From assembly GCA_009780445.1 (NCBI GenBank), contig WRAA01000001.1, positions 1-38,157 on the forward strand: a DNA stretch of 38,157 bases. The letters run 5' to 3'. Of the stretch, positions 24,916-33,221 are shown one piece after another. Positions within the stretch are counted from its first letter, which is position 1, and the number at the start of each line of letters is the position of its first letter. This DNA comes from Defluviitaleaceae bacterium. GTDB lineage: Bacteria; Bacillota; Clostridia; Lachnospirales; WRAA01. The notes under the pieces were generated by a model. The model was not told the origin of the DNA. It saw only the letters and a program-made list of their open reading frames with translations, and ran no database searches. A program made the translations under genes and the position numbers.

Positions 24916-26703
24916 ATGACAGTTAGCGAGAGGACAGACGCGCTTAGGGCGCGCATGGCGCAGTGCGGTGTTGACGCGTATGTTGTGCCGTCGTCGGACA
25001 GCCACCAGAGCGAGTATGTCGGCGACAGCTTCAAGGCGCGGGAGTATATCACGGGCTTCACGGGTTCCGTGGGCGCGGCTGTTATTACGGCGGGTGACGC
25101 GGCCTTGTGGGTGGACGGGCGGTACTACATCCAGGCGGAACACCAGCTTGCGGGCAGCGGCGTGCGTATGATGAAGATGGGTGAGGACGGCGTGCCGAGC
25201 ATCACCTGGTATCTGCGCGGCGCGGTGAAGAGCGGCGGCAAGCTGGGTTTCTACGGCCGCACGATGGGCTACGAAGAGGGCGCGGGTTATGCGTCGGTCT
25301 GTGCGGAGAAGGGCGCGTCTCTCGAGTTTGCGCGGGATCTTGTGGGCGAAGTTTGGACGGATCGCCCGGGGGTGAAGTCCGCGCCGGTGTTCGAGCTGGA
25401 AGAGGCTTACAGCGGGGAGGCGCGGGCGGCCAAGCTGGCGCGGCTGCGCGCAAAGATGGAGGGCTTCGGCGCAAGCCGCCACGTGCTGGCCACGCTGGAC
25501 GACATAGCGTGGCTGCTGAACCTTCGGGGCGACGAGCCGGACAACAGGCCGCTATTTGCGGCGTACATGGTGCTGGACGCGTCATCGGCCGTGCTGTATG
25601 CCGACGAGGCGAAGTTCGGCGCGCAGATACGGGACGGCCTGCGCAGGGACGGCGTGACCATCGCGCCATATGACGCGGTGTACGCGGACATCGCCGCAAT
25701 CGCGGAGGGCGAAACACTGCTGATCGACCCGGACCGCGTGAACTATGCCCTTGCGGCAGGCGCGGCCTGCAAGCTTGTGAAGCATGCCAACCCGACGGTG
25801 ATGTTCAAGGCCTGCAAGAACGAGACGGAGCTGCGCAACATCCGCGCCGCGCACATCAAGGACGGCGTGGCGCAGACCCGGTTCATGCGCTGGATCAAGA
25901 CACACGCGGGGTTGCCCGGGGTGGACGAGATCAGCGCGGGGGAAAAACTCAGGGAGCTTCGCGCCGAACAGGAGGGCTTCATGTACCCCAGCTTCGGCTC
26001 GATTGTGGCGTACATGGAACACGCGGCCATCATCCACTACCGCGCGGAGCCGGAAACGGCCAAGGTTATTCTTGCGGAGCAGATGCTGCTGACTGATTCC
26101 GGCGGGAACTATCTTGAAGGCTCCACCGACATTACGCGCACTTACGCTCTGGGCGAAGTTTGCCTTGAGCATAAGGCGCACTACACTGCGGTTCTGCGCG
26201 GGCTTATCGCCTTGTCGCGTCTGAAGTTCAGGAGCGGCGCGGGCGGTTTTGCCATAGACGTGGCGGCGCGTCAGCCGCTGTGGGAGGCCGGGCTGGACTA
26301 TAACCACGGCACGGGCCACGGCGTGGGTTACCTCACCACGATACACGAGGCTCCGTGCAACATACGCTGGCAGATCCCCGCGGGCAAGCCCGTTCCGCCG
26401 GCCTTGGCCGAAGGTATGGTGCTGACGAACGAGCCGGGGGTGTACGTTGAAGGTTCCCACGGCATACGCCTGGAGAACGAGCTTGTCGTGCGCAAGGCGG
26501 AGCAGACGGCCTTCGGGCAGTTCCTGCGCTTCGAGACGATCACATTCTCGCCGTTTGACACGGACGCGATCCTGCCGGAACAGCTGACGGAGGGCGAACG
26601 CGCCTTCTTAAACGACTATCACAGGCAGGTGTTCGAGCTGATAAGCCCGCATCTGGACAGCAGCGAACAGGACTGGCTGCGCGAATACACCCGCCCTATC
26701 TAA
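24916..26703 (+). CDS. pepP: aminopeptidase P family (M24B Xaa-Pro aminopeptidase) with N-terminal creatinase-like domains
   Basis: The track ORF starts at TTG 24904. The ATG at 24916 has GGAGG 5 nt upstream. The M24 metal-ligand context is present: DSGGNY, HGTGHGVGYLTTIHE, NEPGVY and RLENELVV. Confidence 0.9.
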   Translation: MTVSERTDALRARMAQCGVDAYVVPSSDSHQSEYVGDSFKAREYITGFTGSVGAAVITAGDAALWVDGRYYIQAEHQLAGSGVRMMKMGEDGVPSITWYLRGAVKSGGKLGFYGRTMGYEEGAGYASVCAEKGASLEFARDLVGEVWTDRPGVKSAPVFELEEAYSGEARAAKLARLRAKMEGFGASRHVLATLDDIAWLLNLRGDEPDNRPLFAAYMVLDASSAVLYADEAKFGAQIRDGLRRDGVTIAPYDAVYADIAAIAEGETLLIDPDRVNYALAAGAACKLVKHANPTVMFKACKNETELRNIRAAHIKDGVAQTRFMRWIKTHAGLPGVDEISAGEKLRELRAEQEGFMYPSFGSIVAYMEHAAIIHYRAEPETAKVILAEQMLLTDSGGNYLEGSTDITRTYALGEVCLEHKAHYTAVLRGLIALSRLKFRSGAGGFAIDVAARQPLWEAGLDYNHGTGHGVGYLTTIHEAPCNIRWQIPAGKPVPPALAEGMVLTNEPGVYVEGSHGIRLENELVVRKAEQTAFGQFLRFETITFSPFDTDAILPEQLTEGERAFLNDYHRQVFELISPHLDSSEQDWLREYTRPI

Positions 26704-26945
26704 ATTCTTCCCCAAAATTCACGGGCGAATGGGTTGTACGCTATGATTAAAACGATGCAATATACAGCATATTACCCGGAGTTGATATGTAGTTTCGTAA
26801 AATAAACACTCACGGCTTTCCGTTTTTTGTCAATTGCGCATATACCAGGCTGTTTTGCGGCTTCCGCAAGGGCATACATAATCCTTGCGGAAAGCCTTGT
26901 ATTTGTGGTAATCTGATAGATATTATTAGAGTGGGCGGGTGATGT

Positions 26946-27881
26946 ATGAGTTTGATAAAGCTGCAAGAGATCATCGACGAGTTTGAGATGACGGTTGTTA
27001 CGCAGAACACAGATATAACGTCGAAGGATGTTATGATATCGGAGGTGAACCGGCCGGGATTGCAGCTTGCCGGGTTCTACGATTATTTCAACCAGGACAG
27101 GCTGCAGATTATCGGCATGGTGGAGTATACATATCTGCGCAAGCTGGACAGCGCCCGGCGTGCCGAAACATTCCGCAAGCTGTGCGAGCATAAGTTCCCC
27201 GCGATAATACACAGCCGCGGGCTTACGCCGTTTCCGGAGCTTATGGAAGTGGCCGAGGAGCGCGGAGTGCCTGTGTTAAGCTGCGAGACATCCACCAGTG
27301 AGCTGATGGGCGAGCTGATACGCTGGCTGCGGGTGAAGCTTGCCCCGCGCACCACCATGCACGGTGTGCTGCTGGATGTATTCGGCGAAGGCATACTCTT
27401 GCTGGGCGAAAGCGGAGTGGGCAAGAGCGAGACCGCGCTGGAGCTGATACACCGCGGCCACAGGCTGGTGGCGGACGATTCCGTGGAGGTCAAGAAGGTG
27501 TCGAACCAGACATTGGTCGGCACATGCCCGGACATAATCCGCTACTTTATCGAACTGCGGGGCATCGGCATTATCGACGTGAAGCAGATGTTCGGTGTGG
27601 AATCCGTGAAGGACACGCAGACGATAGACCTTGTGATACAGCTGGAACTGTGGGACAAGAACAAGGAATACGACAGACTGGGCACCAGCGACGAGTTCAT
27701 AGACATCTTGGGCAATCAGGTGGTGTGCAACCGCATACCCATACGCCCCGGCCGTAACCTGGCGATAATCTGCGAATCGGCGGCGATCAACCACCGCCAG
27801 AAGAAGATGGGCTACAACTCCGCCCATGTTCTGTCGCAGCGCGTAATAGACAACATCAACAGCAACAGCAGCATACACTAG
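26946..27881 (+). CDS. hprK: HPr kinase/phosphorylase
   Basis: 311 aa. It has the Walker-A-like motif GESGVGKSETALELIHRGHRLVADD and the signature ELRGIGIIDV. Confidence 0.93.
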   Translation: MSLIKLQEIIDEFEMTVVTQNTDITSKDVMISEVNRPGLQLAGFYDYFNQDRLQIIGMVEYTYLRKLDSARRAETFRKLCEHKFPAIIHSRGLTPFPELMEVAEERGVPVLSCETSTSELMGELIRWLRVKLAPRTTMHGVLLDVFGEGILLLGESGVGKSETALELIHRGHRLVADDSVEVKKVSNQTLVGTCPDIIRYFIELRGIGIIDVKQMFGVESVKDTQTIDLVIQLELWDKNKEYDRLGTSDEFIDILGNQVVCNRIPIRPGRNLAIICESAAINHRQKKMGYNSAHVLSQRVIDNINSNSSIH

Positions 27882-27882
27882 G

Positions 27883-28803
27883 ATGTGGGAGAATAGCGTG
27901 TTCGACACAACATTGTTCCGGCAGAACTTTGAACCGCACAAGCTGCTTGTCGGCGAACCGATGAGCCGCCACACCACATTTTGTATAGGCGGCCCCGCGG
28001 CGGTGATGCTGTTGCCGGACTGCGCCGAGGATATCGTGACGGCGGTGGAGCTGGCGGGGTTTGTTGGTGCGCCGATATTTGTGACGGGCGGCGGATCCAA
28101 CCTTCTTGTGAGCGACAGCGGCATTAACGCTGTGGTTATCAAGCTGGGAAGGGACTTTGCGCGGGCGGAGTGTGAGGACGGGATTATCACGGCGCAGGCG
28201 GGTTTAAGCCTGGCCGCGCTTGCGGACACCGCGCTTGCGCAGGAGCTTGCGGGGCTTGAGTTCTCCGCGGGTATCCCGGGCAGCCTTGGCGGGGCGGTGT
28301 TCATGAACGCGGGCGCGTATGGCGAAGAGATGTCGGGCGTGGTGCAAAGCGTGCAGCTGCTGGAGCGCGGCGAGCTTGTTACGCGCGGCGCAGACGGGCT
28401 GGGCTTCGGCTACCGCACAAGCGGCGTGTTGACCGGCGGGGGAATCGTGCTTTCGGCAACCCTGCGGCTTGAGCCGGGCCGCCCGGAGGACATCCTGGCG
28501 AAGATGGAGGACTTGGCGGCGCAACGGCGCGACAAACAGCCGCTGGAGTATCCCAGCGCGGGCAGCGCGTTCAAACGCCCGCCCGGCCGCTTTGCGGGCA
28601 AGTTGGTGGATGACGCGGGGCTTCGTGGTTTCGCCGTAGGCGGCGCGCAGATATCGGTCAAGCACGCCGGCTTTATAATCAACACGGGCGGCGCGACGGC
28701 GCAGGATGTACGCGCGCTTATAGCACATGTGCAGGAGAGGGTGTTCAAGCTGTTTGGCGTGGAGCTGGAGCCGGAAGTAAGAATGGTGGGTGGCGGCGTT
28801 TGA
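27883..28803 (+). CDS. murB: UDP-N-acetylenolpyruvoylglucosamine reductase
   Basis: 306 aa with SRHTTFCIGGPA, GGGSNLLVSD, EFSAGIPGSLGGAVFMNAGAYG and SAGSAFKRP. An alternative start is GTG 27898, preceded by GGAGA. Confidence 0.93.
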   Translation: MWENSVFDTTLFRQNFEPHKLLVGEPMSRHTTFCIGGPAAVMLLPDCAEDIVTAVELAGFVGAPIFVTGGGSNLLVSDSGINAVVIKLGRDFARAECEDGIITAQAGLSLAALADTALAQELAGLEFSAGIPGSLGGAVFMNAGAYGEEMSGVVQSVQLLERGELVTRGADGLGFGYRTSGVLTGGGIVLSATLRLEPGRPEDILAKMEDLAAQRRDKQPLEYPSAGSAFKRPPGRFAGKLVDDAGLRGFAVGGAQISVKHAGFIINTGGATAQDVRALIAHVQERVFKLFGVELEPEVRMVGGGV

Positions 28804-29690
28804 ACTTGGTGATAGTAACGGGGATGTCCGGTGCGGGTAAGAGCACCGCGCTGAAATTCCTGGAGGACATGGGCTTCTACTGCGCCGACAACATACCGCC
28901 GTCGCTAATGGCGGGCCTCACGCGGGAGGTGTCGGCGCACTACAACACCGCCGGGGAGGAGTATGTGCCGCGGCTGGCTATCGGCGTGGACATCCGCCTC
29001 AAACGCCTTTTTGAAGGTTTCGCCGAGGGGCGGCGGGAGATCGAGAAAGCGGGTTATCCCGTGAAGATCCTGTTCCTGGACGCCTCAGAGGATGTGTTGA
29101 TAAAACGTTATAAGGAGACGCGGCGCAGCCACCCTCTCGCGCCGCACGATCGTTTGGCCACGGGCATCGAGGCGGAGCGGGAACTGCTGCGGGAGATCCG
29201 CGCAAGGTCGGACTATATCATCGACACGACTCATGTGCTTACGCGGGATCTGCGCCGCAAGATGCGCGAAATCTTCTTCGAGGACAAAAGCTTCGATTCG
29301 CTCATCATCAACATAATATCCTTCGGATACAAGTACGGAATACCGACGGATTCAGACCTTGTGCTGGACGTGCGCTTCCTGCCGAACCCGTTCTACGACC
29401 TGAACCTGCGCAGGCAGACGGGCAACGACCCGGAGGTTGCCAAGTTTGTGATGGAGCGCGACGAGACGCGTATCTTCCTGGAAAAGTTCGGCTCCATGCT
29501 GGATTTTCTGATACCGCGCTATATTGCAGAGGGCAAGAACCAGCTTGTGGTGGCCATAGGCTGCACGGGCGGCAAGCACCGAAGCGTGGCAATTTCGTCA
29601 GCGATAGCAAATACTTTGCAGAAAAACGGGAATTCTGTTATAATAAGTCACCGTGACATCGAAAAAGACAGGGTGCCGATTATTGAATGA
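28800..29690 (+). CDS. rapZ: RNase adapter / nucleotide-binding protein RapZ (YvcJ)
   Basis: 296 aa. The TTG start overlaps the murB stop. It has the P-loop VIVTGMSGAGKST and the conserved ending GCTGGKHRSV. Confidence 0.9.
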   Translation: MNLVIVTGMSGAGKSTALKFLEDMGFYCADNIPPSLMAGLTREVSAHYNTAGEEYVPRLAIGVDIRLKRLFEGFAEGRREIEKAGYPVKILFLDASEDVLIKRYKETRRSHPLAPHDRLATGIEAERELLREIRARSDYIIDTTHVLTRDLRRKMREIFFEDKSFDSLIINIISFGYKYGIPTDSDLVLDVRFLPNPFYDLNLRRQTGNDPEVAKFVMERDETRIFLEKFGSMLDFLIPRYIAEGKNQLVVAIGCTGGKHRSVAISSAIANTLQKNGNSVIISHRDIEKDRVPIIE

Positions 29691-30607
29691 GATCCTTCTC
29701 CGCAACAGTCAAGAGCGAACTTATGAGCGCGAAGGTTCCGGATACGCCGCGGCACTGTGTCCTGGCCGAGATGGCCGCGCTGATGCTTGGCGCGGGCAGG
29801 CCGGATTGCGGCGGCATAAGCCTGTCCGGCCACAACATACGGCTTGTGCGGCGTTTCGCGGAGCTTGCGGCGGCGGCCTTTGGGCGGCAGCCCGCCGTGT
29901 CGGTTGTGCCGGCGGCTGCGCACAGGGATGAACCACGCGCGGGGCGGCGGCAGCTGACATGCTCCGTGCAGGGTACCGGGCGCGAAATGCGTATCGCCGC
30001 AAGCGAACTTGCCGATGAAGCCCTGCTTGTGCGCGAATGCTGCAAGCGGGCGTATATCCGCGGGGCGTTCTTGGCGGGCGGCTCGCTTAGTGATCCGGCC
30101 AAGCACTATCATCTGGAGTTCACATGCCACGACAGCGGCTCGCTGAAGCTGCTGCGCTCCGCTGCGGAGTACCTGGGCGCGGATGTGCGCGTCACCCTGC
30201 GTAAGTCCGCGGAGGTGCTGTATGTGAAGGACGGCGAGGCTATTGCGCACTTGCTGAACATTATGGGCGCGCACAAGGCTATGATGGAGCTTGAGAACGT
30301 GCGCATACTAAAGGACGTGCGCAACAACGTCAACCGCAAGGTCAACTTTGAAACGGCCAACCTGTCGAAAACTGTCGACGCGGCTGTCTCACAGGTTGCT
30401 GACATACATTATATTCTCGATAGCGGCGAGTTTGGGCGGCTTTCGCAGAACCTGGCCGACGCGGCAAGGCTGCGCCTTGAATACCCGTCCGCCAGCCTCC
30501 GGGAAATCGGTGAAAGACTCTTGCCGGCCGTCAGCAAGTCGGCAGTGAACCATAGGCTACGGAAGATCAGCTGTATTGCTGAAAAGTTGAGAGGAGAACA
30601 GGGATGA
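29687..30607 (+). CDS. whiA: DNA-binding protein WhiA
   Basis: 306 aa. It has the MSF(S)xxVKxEL-type N-terminus (MRSFSATVKSEL), a LAGLIDADG-like core (AYIRGAFLAGGSLSDP...YHLEF) and a C-terminal HTH (ASLREIGERL...SKSAVNHRLRKI). It overlaps rapZ by 4 nt. Confidence 0.9.
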   Translation: MRSFSATVKSELMSAKVPDTPRHCVLAEMAALMLGAGRPDCGGISLSGHNIRLVRRFAELAAAAFGRQPAVSVVPAAAHRDEPRAGRRQLTCSVQGTGREMRIAASELADEALLVRECCKRAYIRGAFLAGGSLSDPAKHYHLEFTCHDSGSLKLLRSAAEYLGADVRVTLRKSAEVLYVKDGEAIAHLLNIMGAHKAMMELENVRILKDVRNNVNRKVNFETANLSKTVDAAVSQVADIHYILDSGEFGRLSQNLADAARLRLEYPSASLREIGERLLPAVSKSAVNHRLRKISCIAEKLRGEQG

Positions 30608-30849
30608 AGCAGAGGACGATTACAGTCATCACCAGCATCGACGCAAGGACAGCCGCGATGTTTGTGCAGACGGCGGGTAAATTCCAGAGTACCATCAAGA
30701 TTCAGCTCGACACCAAGGAAGCTAACGCCAAGAGCATCATGGGCATGATATCGCTGGGCATACTCGAAGGGAGTTCCATCGTTATTACCGCCGAAGGGGC
30801 GGACGAAGAGGACGCGCTGGAGAAGGCGTGTAACTTCTTCACGGAGTAG
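30604..30849 (+). CDS. HPr-family protein lacking the His15 phosphorylation site (Crh-like; Asp at the equivalent position, Ser46-equivalent retained)
   Basis: 81 aa. TSIDARTAAMFVQTAGKF aligns with the HPr sequence GIHARPATLLVQTASKF, with GAC (Asp) at 30640-30642 where the His codon is expected. KSIMGMISLG keeps the regulatory Ser (AGC at 30733-30735). It overlaps whiA by 4 nt. Confidence 0.85.
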   Translation: MKQRTITVITSIDARTAAMFVQTAGKFQSTIKIQLDTKEANAKSIMGMISLGILEGSSIVITAEGADEEDALEKACNFFTE

Positions 30850-30869
30850 TAATGACTGCACATAAAAAT

Positions 30870-30901
30870 GCCGCTCCATCACACGATGAGGCGGCGTTTT
30901 T
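30870..30901. terminator. intrinsic terminator between the convergent HPr-like gene and csrA
   Basis: GCCGCTC (30870-30876) pairs with GAgGCGGC (30888-30895). TTTTT follows on the plus strand and AAAAA precedes it, so it is usable from both directions. Confidence 0.6.
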
Positions 30902-30923
30902 GTGTGTATTAAGTTTGTGTGTA

Positions 30924-31151
30924 TTAAGTAGGTAGCTTTAGCATGTCGGCGATGCGGCTCATGTCGAGCTGGGTTACGGCCTCCTTGTTAGACGCCGCAA
31001 TCTGGTCGAACACTTCCTGCCGGTGTACGGGAACGTTGCGCGGTGCTTTTATGCCGAGCCGAACATGGTCGCCGCGTATCGAAATCACAGTGACTTCGAC
31101 GTCGTCGCCGATCATTATTGATTCGCCCTTCTTTCGTGTGAGTGCCAGCAC
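30924..31151 (-). CDS. csrA: carbon storage regulator / translational repressor CsrA
   Basis: 75 aa. MLALTRKKGESIMIGDDVEVTVISIRGDHVRLGIKAPRNVPVHRQEV is a near-consensus CsrA sequence. The GTG start is preceded by AGGAGGAA. It sits downstream of fliW, as in other flagellated Firmicutes. Confidence 0.93.
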   Translation of the reverse strand: MLALTRKKGESIMIGDDVEVTVISIRGDHVRLGIKAPRNVPVHRQEVFDQIAASNKEAVTQLDMSRIADMLKLPT

Positions 31152-31185
31152 GCGGCTTCCTCCTCTGGCTTAGAGCTGTACAGCC

Positions 31186-31665
31186 CTAGCTTACGTCTCG
31201 CGATTCCTGCATGATGCGGTGCCGGACGCTGTAGTCCTTGTTGGTGGCCAAGACCTGCTTGCCCATTTGGGTGCCGGCGTTGATAACTACGGGGGCGCAG
31301 AGGTTCACCGTCATGTTCTCCAGCTTTTCCGGCACGACTGCGATATTGCGCACGATCATGTCGTCCTCCGCGAAATCGCCCAGAGAATCCAGCGCGCCTT
31401 CCTCAAGCTCCGGGCTGTAGCCGGGCATAAAGAGGAAGGTGTTCAGCAGGATGAACGAGACCTCGCCGTCGTCCAGAGACTGCAACCAGAGGAACACGCC
31501 CGACGTATGCAGGGTGACCTCTGTGTCGTCTGCCGCGCTTTCGTTGTGGAACAGGACAAACTGCCTAAGATGCTCGAAGCCGGGCAGCCCTTCCTCGAAA
31601 GTGATTATCTTGCTCTCGTCAACATCTATCTCGCCGAAGTGGCGCGTCGTAAGTTTCATTTGCAT
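31186..31665 (-). CDS. fliW: flagellar assembly factor FliW
   Basis: 159 aa. It has the FEEGLPGFEHLRQFVL motif and the typical fliW-csrA pairing. Confidence 0.9.
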   Translation of the reverse strand: MQMKLTTRHFGEIDVDESKIITFEEGLPGFEHLRQFVLFHNESAADDTEVTLHTSGVFLWLQSLDDGEVSFILLNTFLFMPGYSPELEEGALDSLGDFAEDDMIVRNIAVVPEKLENMTVNLCAPVVINAGTQMGKQVLATNKDYSVRHRIMQESRDVS

Positions 31666-31700
31666 GATCCTTTCCGAATGAGAGGGGTACGCGTACTGCT

Positions 31701-33209
31701 CTAGCGTATAAAGTCGGCCAGGGTGAGCTGCAGCACGCTTGCGCCGACGCGCAGTGACGCTTCATAGGCGGCGCGCGCCATTGCCATAAACGTGGCGACT
31801 TCGGCCAGGTCTGCGTCCTCGTTGTCGGAGATAAGCTCGCGGAAGTTGAGCTGATCCTCTTCCAGGCGCAGGCGGATCATGTCGAGCCGCTGCATACGGC
31901 TTCCGTGGTCGGCCTCTTGGCGTGATATCTGCTGGTAGTGCGTGTCGATACGCGCCAACATGCTGTTGAAGCGGTTCTGCATGGCCGTGTTTATCTGGGA
32001 ATTTTCGGCGGCGATCTGTTGGGTCAGCGCGGCCTGGACCTGTTCGTCAGTCCAGTTTGGCTCGGCGTTTCTTATGGCTTGCTCGAGAGCCTGCGGGTTC
32101 GAGAGCATCCCCTCCATGGAGTTCACAAAGCGGATGAGTTCGCGCAGGTCGGCGTGGAGCTTGTCGGTGACTACGTTTCGCGCCAGCGTATTGATGGGTA
32201 TGCGGGTGTTGAAGCTGAACTCGAACTCCAGCCGCTGGTCTGTGATGCTGCCGATGTCGTTATGGAAATGGGCGATGTTGTAGTCGATAAGATCTTGTGC
32301 TGTATAGCCGAATACATCCAGTGCATCCGCGCTGGTGGAGGTGCTTTCGCTGATGTCGAAGCTGTTGAAGTAGATCTTGGGGTTAAGTTCGCCCGCGGTG
32401 AAACCTTCGCGCACAAAGCGCACGTTCATCTCGTTGCTTTGCAGAAGATTTGCCACATTGCTGCCGAGGATCAGTTCGCCGGTGGCCTCGATAAAGTGTA
32501 TGTCGTCAGGATCCGGATCGTATGCAGTGAGGTCGGCGATATGGGCATTGGCGGCGTTGAAGGGTACAAGATTACCGGTCCAGCCGGCTAAGCTTACCTC
32601 AATTTCGGGGATGTTGCCGGCATAGGCCAGCTTGATTATGCGCACGCCTTCGCGCAGCTGCACGGCGTTGAGCGGGTTTGACGAGTCGCGCTGGATTACG
32701 TTGGTGGTCTCCATATCGGCGAAGCGGAAGTGCTGCTCCACCGCGAACACCAGGTCCGGCTGATCCACTTCGAAAATGGGCGGGTGGTTCGTGCGGAAGC
32801 CCGAGAACACGTAACGCCCGGCATAGGGGGTGTTCATGAAGGAGCCAAGCTGCGCCTTCATCTGGCTGATGGTGTTGATGATGGCCTGACGTTCTTGCAG
32901 CTGTTTGTCGGCGTTTATCGCGCTGTTAAAGTTGTTGCGCATATTGGTGACAACTTCGGTAACGCCGATGAAGGCGGCGTCGGTGGCACCCATCCAGGAA
33001 AGGCCTTGGCCTACGTTGCGCATGTACTGCTGTGTTTCACGCAGGCTTGTGCGGAACTTCAGGGCGCGGGCGGCAAGGATCGGGTCGTCCGAAGGGAAGG
33101 TTATGCGCTTGCCCGACGCAAGCTGGTTGGCAAGATTGTCCATACGGTTCATGTTGCGCGTGAGATTCAGCATCATGCGGTTGGACATCATTTGGTTCGT
33201 TACTCGCAT
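31701..33209 (-). CDS. flgL: flagellar hook-associated protein 3 (FlgL), long form
   Basis: 502 aa. It has a flagellin-like N-terminus (MRVTNQMMSNRMMLNLTRNMNRMDNLANQLASGKRI) and a flagellin-like C-terminus (ASLRVGASVLQLTLADFIR). It lies downstream of flgK. Confidence 0.85.
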   Translation of the reverse strand: MRVTNQMMSNRMMLNLTRNMNRMDNLANQLASGKRITFPSDDPILAARALKFRTSLRETQQYMRNVGQGLSWMGATDAAFIGVTEVVTNMRNNFNSAINADKQLQERQAIINTISQMKAQLGSFMNTPYAGRYVFSGFRTNHPPIFEVDQPDLVFAVEQHFRFADMETTNVIQRDSSNPLNAVQLREGVRIIKLAYAGNIPEIEVSLAGWTGNLVPFNAANAHIADLTAYDPDPDDIHFIEATGELILGSNVANLLQSNEMNVRFVREGFTAGELNPKIYFNSFDISESTSTSADALDVFGYTAQDLIDYNIAHFHNDIGSITDQRLEFEFSFNTRIPINTLARNVVTDKLHADLRELIRFVNSMEGMLSNPQALEQAIRNAEPNWTDEQVQAALTQQIAAENSQINTAMQNRFNSMLARIDTHYQQISRQEADHGSRMQRLDMIRLRLEEDQLNFRELISDNEDADLAEVATFMAMARAAYEASLRVGASVLQLTLADFIR

Positions 33210-33221
33210 AGTATCCCCCTT

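Noticed and set aside
26704-26945. Alternative pairings upstream of hprK (CCGCAAGG/CCTTGCGG 8-bp stem; GGCTTTCCG with CGGAAAGCC) suggesting an attenuator
   Set aside because: The stems are short, I recognise no conserved riboswitch core, and there is no clear terminator/antiterminator logic. They may simply be the pepP terminator region plus the hprK promoter (TTGTAT-18-TATTAT).
24733-28304. Long minus-strand ORFs 24733-25482, 25582-26460, 26772-27212 and 27276-28304
   Set aside because: They are antisense to pepP, hprK and murB, which all have textbook motifs. Their translations are Arg/Pro/Ala-rich with no RBS.
30900-30929. 15-nt tandem duplication TTGTGTGTATTAAGT x2 spanning the csrA stop codon
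   Set aside because: This is a two-copy microduplication just beyond the terminator. It leaves the reading frame intact, so it is probably a slippage remnant.
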